Shown here: in pieces, positions 58,070 through 64,000 of the stretch
Layout of the letters: each line of letters starts with the position of its first letter
Position numbering within the stretch: the stretch's first letter is position 1
Source of the DNA: an uncultured Gammaproteobacteria bacterium
GTDB taxonomy: Bacteria; Patescibacteriota; Patescibacteriia; Magasanikbacterales; JBBTQS01
Assembly: GCA_964627525.1 (NCBI GenBank)
Contig: CAZVIA010000004.1
Location: 1,565-65,564, forward strand
Direction: 5' to 3'
DNA: 64,000 nucleotides
Program-made: the position numbers and the translations under genes
Notes under the pieces: generated by a model
What the model saw: the letters and a program-made list of their open reading frames with translations, nothing else
Database searches by the model: none
Told to the model about the DNA's origin: nothing

Positions 58070-58444
58070 TTAAATTTCCTGTGTCAAAGTTTTTTTGCAA
58101 GCAACACAAGCACCTGATGTTGGGCGAGCGCGTAAACGATTTTCAGGAATAGGTTCTTTGCAATACTTACAAATACCATAATCACCTGCATCAATTTTCT
58201 TTATTGAACTATTGATGTCACGTAATTCTTTTTCTAAAGTTTCTTCTAAGCGCAAATTAGTTTCATAAGTTGCAACCTCTTCTGCATTTTCCTCTTCTTT
58301 ATCTCCGTAATCTGGAAATTTTGATTTAAAATCATCTTCACTAACTCGATTAGCAAATTTTGACAATTCTTTTTCAATTTTTTGCTTTTGTTCAAGCAAA
58401 CCTTGTTTAATCTCCTCAATTAAATCTTTTGATATATCAGTCAT
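58070..58444 (-). CDS. DksA/TraR-family C4 zinc-finger protein
   Basis: It has an N-terminal coiled coil and a C-terminal CKYCKEPIPENRLRARPTSGACVAC. Confidence 0.7.
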   Translation of the reverse strand: MTDISKDLIEEIKQGLLEQKQKIEKELSKFANRVSEDDFKSKFPDYGDKEEENAEEVATYETNLRLEETLEKELRDINSSIKKIDAGDYGICKYCKEPIPENRLRARPTSGACVACKKTLTQEI

Positions 58445-58489
58445 ATTATTCTGGTTATGAATTGATTGTATCAGAAATTTGAGTAAAAC

Positions 58490-58900
58490 AAAAGAGCTCA
58501 GACGAGACCCTAGGTTATAGTTTTGGCTGTGCTGAGCTCTGTTTCAGATACTTCTGATCCAGAGCCGATGGTGAACTCTATGTACTTACGTTACGCAAAT
58601 ACGTACAGGCCACCATCAGGACTAGAATACCCCGAAGAATCCGATGTTGTAATGAACTTCTTCACCATTCAAACGTGTTGATCCAAGCGCTCTCTACCCG
58701 TAGGGAAAGCAATAGGACACATGGAGAGTTGTTTCGTATCAAACTACAGACCGCAGATGACACTAGACTTTTATTTTGGTTTTAACCTCCGATGAATAGT
58801 AAAAAAGAAGAGGATGATTCGATCGAAATACGTCTTAGTTTTTCCAGCACCTCCTTTATTTTTTAATGCTGCAAAATGCGTACTCGTAGTTAAAAGATCT
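58490..58900. ncRNA. Long ORF-free, G+C-enriched, stem-rich region; candidate structured RNA (class undetermined)
   Basis: About 740 nt (58445-59184) have no ORF of 60 aa or more in any frame. Inverted repeats include agagctcag...ctgagctct and gaagaa...ttcttc. I could not match RNase P, tmRNA or SRP motifs by eye. Confidence 0.2.
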
Positions 58901-59051
58901 GTGTATATTATAGCACAAAAAAGTGGTTTTGTCAACTTTCTGTGGAAAAGTCTTTTTTGAAGCTAAATTAAGCTAAAAATTTTTCTTTTTCAAAAAAATT
59001 TTGTATACACCTGTGTATACAAAATAGTGTTGATTTTCTAAAATTCACTAT

Positions 59052-59095
59052 TTATCCACACATATCCACAGGTTTGTCCACAGACTGTGGACAAC
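59052..59095. promoter_or_regulatory. Cluster of four DnaA boxes (TTATCCACA, ATATCCACA, TTGTCCACA and inverted TTGTCCACA)
   Basis: The boxes lie within 44 bp, and one is a perfect consensus. They sit immediately downstream of motif copy B at 58999..59024. Confidence 0.5.
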
Positions 59096-59184
59096 TTGGA
59101 TAATTTTAAAAAAAATTGTTTAAAATAAGCAAAAACCACACGAACGTTATGTAAGTGTGGCTTGCGTTGGGTTGCGAGCAAGTC

Positions 59185-59544
59185 TTAGTACAGCAAGTGC
59201 TTTGCAAGTGTGACTGCAGCTGCAAAAGCAAAGATCCATGTAGAGCAAAACACCACAACATGTGGCTTGAACACATGTTTCCAAGGTACTTTTGCTCCGC
59301 CTCGGATCCAGTGGTTTGTGCCCCCAACATCATACATGATGCAGCTCAGAGCAATGACTGCACCAATCGGACCTGCTACACCAAATGACCAAAGTGTGAT
59401 CATCTCGAAGTTTTTGGTACTCATGGTCTCCCAAGGTACACCATAGCTTCCAGATGCCGCGTAGGAAAGCCATGCACCAAGAGCAACTGCTCCAAGGGCA
59501 GAAACTACAATGACCAAAGCCTTGATTTGTTGCCGAATTGGCAT
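59185..59544 (-). CDS. Small membrane protein (about 4 transmembrane helices), hypothetical, compositionally atypical
   Basis: It is a 119-aa hydrophobic ORF whose G+C is visibly higher than its neighbours. It is the longest frame among several overlapping spurious ORFs. Confidence 0.4.
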   Translation of the reverse strand: MPIRQQIKALVIVVSALGAVALGAWLSYAASGSYGVPWETMSTKNFEMITLWSFGVAGPIGAVIALSCIMYDVGGTNHWIRGGAKVPWKHVFKPHVVVFCSTWIFAFAAAVTLAKHLLY

Positions 59545-59772
59545 GTTTTCCTCCGTTTCTGGGGTTTTCTAGCTTCTGCAACCAGCAGACGCTAAGATAG
59601 CATACTAGCATAAATAAAGTATTTTGTCAAGTGATAATTTGGTTTATTTAGCTAAAATAAGCAAAAAACTGGCACTTAGGCCAGTTTTTTGCTTGAAAAA
59701 TATTTTTTTCAACAGTAGGTTCAACACTGAATTCAACAATAAATTTAGCAGTAAAATTAATTTTTTACAAAA

Positions 59773-62046
59773 TTAATCCTTTTTTCTGAAGAAACCACGT
59801 TTTTTATCTCTTGGTCCTGAATTGCGGTCTCCTCCGCTATTTCTGCGAGGGCCACCACCACCGCCGCCTCTGCGATCATCGCGAGGGCGAGGGGGTCTTT
59901 CTTCATAACCTTCTGGTTTAGGTAATAATGCCTTTATAGATAAGTTAACACGACCAAGATTATCAATTTCTTTTACTAGAACATCTACCTTATCACCCAT
60001 TTTTAGTTCATCTGAGGGGTGTTTTACGTGTTTCCATGCAATTTCAGAAACATGTACTAGTCCATCTTTGCCAGGCAAAAGATTAATAAAAGCACCAAAA
60101 TCTTCAATTCTCACAACTTCACCAGTATATTTTTCACCTGCTTCAACTTCTTTTACAATATTTTGCACTATTTCAACTGCTTTTTCCATTGCTTCAGCAT
60201 CATTGCTAGTAATTATTACACGACCATCTTGTTCAATATCCATTTCAACACCAGTTTCATCAATAATTCCATTGATAACTTTACCACCTTGGCCAATTAC
60301 ATCACGAATTTTTTCTGGATCAATAGGAATAGTCACAATTCTTGGTGCAAATTTAGACATTTCTTTTGCTGTAGAAATACCAGCTTCCATTTGCTCAATT
60401 ATATGCAAACGAGCTTCAAGACCTTGTTCAAAGGTTTTATTAACAATATCAGCATTAATTCCATGAGTTTTTGTATCCATTTGCATTGCAGTGATACCAT
60501 CGCGAGTTCCAGTGATTTTAAAGTCCATACCACCTTTACCATCTTCTAAGTCTTGAATATCAGTCAAAACTTTCCACTCACCAGAATCATCACTAGCCAA
60601 GCCCATTGCAACACCTGCAACGTGTTTTTTAATAGGAACACCAGCATGCATTAGTGCTAAACTTGAACCACAAGTTGAAGCCATTGAACTTGAACCATTT
60701 GACCCAAAAACTTCTGACACAACACGAATTGTATATGGGAAATCTTCTTTATCTGGGATCAATGGATCTAAAGCACGTTCAGCTAAAGCACCATGACCAA
60801 TGTCACGACGACCAGGGCCACGCATAGGTTTAGCTTCACCAACAGAAAAACCAGGGAAGTTATAATGATGCATGTATCTTTTCTTTTCATCTAACTCCAT
60901 TGTGTCTATGATTTGTTCTGCGCTTGGAGAAGCAAGTGTTGTTACAGATAAAACTTGAGTTTCACCACGCATAAACATTCCAGAACCATGTACTCTTGGA
61001 AGCAAGCCAGTTTCAACTACTAATGGGCGAACTTCTGTTAAGCTACGTCCATCAACACGTTTTTCGCTTTTTAAAATCATTTTTGTAACCTCAGCTTCTA
61101 CAAGTTGTTTGATTTTTGATTTAACATAAGAAATTAATTCTTCATCAATTTCTTGTGCTTTCAAATGTTCTGTTAGTTTTTCAGACAAAGCCTTGAAAGC
61201 TGCTTTGCGTTCAGACTTACTTGTTTTTGGAGAATCAAATAAATAAGTATCAACTACACTATGAATAAATTCTTGTGAAATTTTTTCAACATTAGCTTTT
61301 TCTTCTAATGCTTTTTTCTGTTCATCATTTAATTCAACTAAAGTTTCTGCATCGCGTTTTTCAACACCAACAGCTTTTACAACTTCATCAATTAATTCTA
61401 AAACAGGCTTAGCACTTTTGCGCGCCAAATCAATTGATTGCAAAACTGTTTCTTCAGAAGACTCTTTAGCTCCAGCTTCAACCATTGTTACTAATTCATC
61501 TGTACCAGCAACAAAAATATCAATTTCAGATTCTTTGAGCTCAGGCTGAGTTGGGTTTAAAATTAATTTGTCACCAACTTTACCAACACGAATACCAACT
61601 AATGGTCCGCTCCAAGGAATTTCTGAAATACTTAAAGCAATAGATGCAGCAATTAAACCAACTACATTAGGATCATTTTCTTTATCCCATGCCAAAATAG
61701 TGATAACTACTTGAACTTCATTACGCATTGAACTATCAAATAAAGGCCTAATTGATCGATCAATTTGACGACCAGCTAAGATTGCCTCTTCGCTAGGACG
61801 GCCTTCTCTTTTAATAAATCTAGAACCTTTGATTTTTCCAGCTGCATAATATTTTTCCTCATAATCAACCATTAAAGGGAAAAAATCAATTCCTTCACGA
61901 GTATTTTCACTCATTACAGCTGTGGCTAACACAACAGTTTCGCCATATTGTACAGTACAAGCGCCATGTGCTTGATGTGCATACCTTCCGTGCTCAACTT
62001 TGAGCTCGCGCCCTCCCCATTCTTTGGAGAAAGTTTTTATTTCCAT
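59773..62046 (-). CDS. pnp: Polynucleotide phosphorylase
   Basis: It has two RNase PH domains, KH and S1 domains, and an Arg/Gly-rich C-terminal tail (RRGGGGGGPRRNSGGDRNSG). Confidence 0.95.
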   Translation of the reverse strand: MEIKTFSKEWGGRELKVEHGRYAHQAHGACTVQYGETVVLATAVMSENTREGIDFFPLMVDYEEKYYAAGKIKGSRFIKREGRPSEEAILAGRQIDRSIRPLFDSSMRNEVQVVITILAWDKENDPNVVGLIAASIALSISEIPWSGPLVGIRVGKVGDKLILNPTQPELKESEIDIFVAGTDELVTMVEAGAKESSEETVLQSIDLARKSAKPVLELIDEVVKAVGVEKRDAETLVELNDEQKKALEEKANVEKISQEFIHSVVDTYLFDSPKTSKSERKAAFKALSEKLTEHLKAQEIDEELISYVKSKIKQLVEAEVTKMILKSEKRVDGRSLTEVRPLVVETGLLPRVHGSGMFMRGETQVLSVTTLASPSAEQIIDTMELDEKKRYMHHYNFPGFSVGEAKPMRGPGRRDIGHGALAERALDPLIPDKEDFPYTIRVVSEVFGSNGSSSMASTCGSSLALMHAGVPIKKHVAGVAMGLASDDSGEWKVLTDIQDLEDGKGGMDFKITGTRDGITAMQMDTKTHGINADIVNKTFEQGLEARLHIIEQMEAGISTAKEMSKFAPRIVTIPIDPEKIRDVIGQGGKVINGIIDETGVEMDIEQDGRVIITSNDAEAMEKAVEIVQNIVKEVEAGEKYTGEVVRIEDFGAFINLLPGKDGLVHVSEIAWKHVKHPSDELKMGDKVDVLVKEIDNLGRVNLSIKALLPKPEGYEERPPRPRDDRRGGGGGGPRRNSGGDRNSGPRDKKRGFFRKKD

Positions 62047-62194
62047 ATATTCTTTCTTAATTATTTCTTAAATTAATTTTTTAGTTAATAAAAAACAGGA
62101 CTTGCCTTTGCGCTTGTCCCGAGGTAGTGAAGTGCAAGCTTTTTGCAGTCCATATATCTCAGGGCAAACTACGTTATTTTATTTCATCGTCATA

Positions 62195-62803
62195 TTATGT
62201 TTTTTTAGTAGTACGCCTTTTTGGTTTAGTAGTTCTACGTGTATTTTTTTGCTGACTTTTTGTGGGGTCTTTTATTAAAAACTTTTTGTGATCGTCAGAT
62301 AAGTTTGTATAACTATCTACTTCTTCAACTAAACGACTTGAAGTTGTCTCCCTAAAACTCATCACCTCAACTTGGCGTCCTTTATTTTGCAAGTACTCAA
62401 CCAAAGGTAAATAATCACCATCACCAGAAACCAAAATAATAACATCTAAAACTTCTGCCATTCTAATTGCATCAACTGTAATTCCAACGTCCCAATCTGC
62501 TTTTTTATTTCCACCAAAATAAGTTAACAAATCTCGCTCGCGAGTTTCTAAACCAAGATTATACAAAGCTTCAAAAAATGGTTTTTCTTCACCAGTTTCA
62601 GTTCTAACAACATAAGCAATCGCGCGGATCAATTTACGATCACCAACACCTTCTTTTACAATGTTTCCAAAATTTACTTTTGATCCAAATAAATTACGCG
62701 CACTATAATATAAGTTTTGTACGTCAATAAAAACACCTACACGCTGGTCAGGGTGCTTTAATGGATTTGGATCTGCAATTACTTCGTTTTTACGAGTTGT
62801 CAT
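62195..62803 (-). CDS. NYN-domain (LabA/YacP-like) protein with a basic tail
   Basis: It has VFIDVQNLYY...ITVDA...ILVSGDGDYLPLV, the NYN/PIN-like pattern. It is inserted between rpsO and pnp. Confidence 0.7.
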   Translation of the reverse strand: MTTRKNEVIADPNPLKHPDQRVGVFIDVQNLYYSARNLFGSKVNFGNIVKEGVGDRKLIRAIAYVVRTETGEEKPFFEALYNLGLETRERDLLTYFGGNKKADWDVGITVDAIRMAEVLDVIILVSGDGDYLPLVEYLQNKGRQVEVMSFRETTSSRLVEEVDSYTNLSDDHKKFLIKDPTKSQQKNTRRTTKPKRRTTKKT

Positions 62804-63116
62804 TTTCTTGAGCTTCAGGTTTTTCTTGTGGAAAATCTTCTAAAGTTTTTGCTTGTTTAAGTTTCAAGCGTTTAACAATATCTTCCCAAGATTTTTTGTT
62901 TTCCTGAAGTAAATAATTTAATAAACTTCGTCTTTCACCAACTTTTCGCAACAAACCACGACGAGATGAGTGATCTTTTTTATGTTGCTTTAAATGCTCA
63001 GCCAAATCATTTATCTCATAAGTGAGAAGGGCAATTTGTACTTCGCTAGATCCAGTGTCACCTTCGTGAGTCTGGAATTTTTTTATAACATTCTCCTTTT
63101 GTTTTTTAGTTAACAT
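62790..63116 (-). CDS. rpsO: 30S ribosomal protein S15 (with a C-terminal extension)
   Basis: It has GDTGSSEVQIALLTYEINDLAEHLKQHKKDHSSRRGLLRKVGERRSLLNYL. Confidence 0.9.
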   Translation of the reverse strand: MLTKKQKENVIKKFQTHEGDTGSSEVQIALLTYEINDLAEHLKQHKKDHSSRRGLLRKVGERRSLLNYLLQENKKSWEDIVKRLKLKQAKTLEDFPQEKPEAQENDNS

Positions 63117-63200
63117 ATTTGTGCATTATATTCACCAAGGAAGTGCAACGCACTCATCGCGTTCCTCGGACCTTTCGGTTGATTTATGCGCTTACTATAA

Positions 63201-63232
63201 CAAAAACAAGCTAATCTGTCAATAGACTAGCT
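63201..63232 (-). terminator. Hairpin terminator after the gene at 63255..63545
   Basis: The hairpin aacaagctagtc-tattgac-agattagcttgtt on the minus strand is followed by a UUUUGUU run. Confidence 0.4.
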
Positions 63233-63254
63233 TGTTTTGCTTTATTTTAGGGGT

Positions 63255-63545
63255 TTAAGCTTGTTTTTCAGCGTCAACAGTAGCTTGTCCTTCAGCTAAT
63301 TCTGCTTCAAGATCCACTGTTTTTTCAGCTTCTTCCTTATTTCTTGCTGATTCTCTTTCAGCCGCAGCTTCATTTTTGTCAAAAGTAGCTTGTCCTTCAG
63401 CCATTTCAGCTTTAAATTCTTTTTTAGAAAGAGATCCTTCTGCTTCTACTTTAGCTTTTTCTTCAGCTAGAGTAGCTTGCAATTCTTCTTCTGTAATCAC
63501 CTCATTAGGTACTCGTTTTTTTTCTCCACCAAATAATCCAAACAT
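63255..63545 (-). CDS. Small acidic repeat protein, hypothetical
   Basis: The 96-aa ORF has internal repeats AEMAEGQATFDKNEAAAE and AELAEGQATVDAEKQA. Confidence 0.35.
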   Translation of the reverse strand: MFGLFGGEKKRVPNEVITEEELQATLAEEKAKVEAEGSLSKKEFKAEMAEGQATFDKNEAAAERESARNKEEAEKTVDLEAELAEGQATVDAEKQA

Positions 63546-63682
63546 ATATTTTATTAGTTAAATAGTCATTTATTGACTTAATTATTTATAAATAAATACT
63601 ATCACAGGTTGGCACTTGACAGCAAGTCTAATTTATACTATTATGAATAGCCAACAATTTGGCAAAGGAGGGAAGAAGGAAA

Positions 63683-64000
63683 TGGGTAAGCTACTTCAGT
63701 TTAGATCAAAAAAAGATACCACCCCAACAAAGGGGTGTAAAAACAATGATCTTGCAGATATTAGACACCGGTATAATGTTCAACAGTGGAGAGAATATCT
63801 TTCAATGGCAGGGTGGCTAAGTTCACGCCCAAAAGGAGATGTAGCACAGTTGCACTTTGCTGGTTTTCGTAAGTTAAGACATGCTTTTGGTTTTGGTCAT
63901 TACCTGATTGGATATACCCGATGGGTGCTTGAGGTAATTATTGGTTTTCCAGATGACGCACCCCCAAAGTACATCATTGATGCAAATGCTTTGCTTTGGG
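63683..64000 (+). CDS. Hypothetical protein, 5' partial in window (runs off the end)
   Basis: An RBS-like aaaggagggaagaagg precedes the ATG. The ORF is open to the window edge. Confidence 0.4.

Noticed and set aside
58490-58900. RNase P RNA or tmRNA assignment for the ORF-free G+C-rich core
   Set aside because: I looked for the P4 GGAAAGUCCGG and ACAGAANCCGGCUUA motifs (RNase P) and the GGUUCGAUUCC T-loop and tag-peptide reading frame (tmRNA) on both strands and could not find convincing matches. It is kept only as an unclassified candidate RNA.
59106-59611. Four overlapping 75-93-aa ORFs on both strands
   Set aside because: They all overlap the 119-aa membrane-protein ORF in a G+C-rich patch where stop codons are rare. 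Only the hydrophobic 59185..59544 frame has gene-like properties.
1-64000. CRISPR array or rRNA genes
   Set aside because: There are no regularly spaced direct repeats anywhere. The only repeats are the DGR template/variable pair and the two-copy 26-nt palindromic motif. No rRNA-like conserved stretches were seen.

Overview
This is an AT-rich window (about one-third G+C by eye) made up mostly of housekeeping genes. Judged by eye, the gene content (rpoB/rpoC without rplL/rplJ upstream, a membrane H+-pyrophosphatase, ribosomal proteins with odd C-terminal tails) resembles a reduced-genome, possibly CPR/Patescibacteria-like, bacterium, but that is inference only. Recognisable genes include a carbon-metabolism cluster (class II aldolase, PfkB kinase, split transketolase), trxB, ruvC, yebC, rpoC, rpoB, ftsK, a RodZ-like gene, recA, efp, the rpsF-ssb-rpsR operon, comM/yifB, an M23/LysM peptidase, hppA, tig, nfo, suhB, cfa, the rpmH-rnpA-yidD<>dnaA-dnaN origin region, PBP1A, polA, holA, rpsT, rmuC, ychF, lspA, dksA-like, pnp and rpsO. 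Three tRNAs are present: Cys-GCA, Arg-CCU and Ala-GGC. The most interesting locus is a diversity-generating retroelement (DGR) at about 22.3-24.4 kb. It comprises a reverse-transcriptase gene that is only an N-terminal fragment, an Avd-like four-helix-bundle gene, and a 130-bp template repeat. The matching variable repeat sits at the 3' end of a G+C-richer target gene, and 11 of the 13 mismatches are template-adenine to variable-N on the coding strand. An RHH/RelE toxin-antitoxin pair lies next to it. Other items worth a second look follow. A composition-atypical two-gene island of unknown function sits at 6.4-7.5 kb. A 529-aa unknown protein lies beside a Phd/YefM antitoxin and a decayed toxin. 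ORF-free G+C-rich stem-rich segments upstream of ftsK and at 58.5-59.2 kb are candidate structured RNAs. A 26-nt dyad-symmetric motif is present twice. A four-box DnaA cluster lies 16 kb from dnaA. tRNA-Ala abuts the ychF start codon. There is no CRISPR array and no rRNA.
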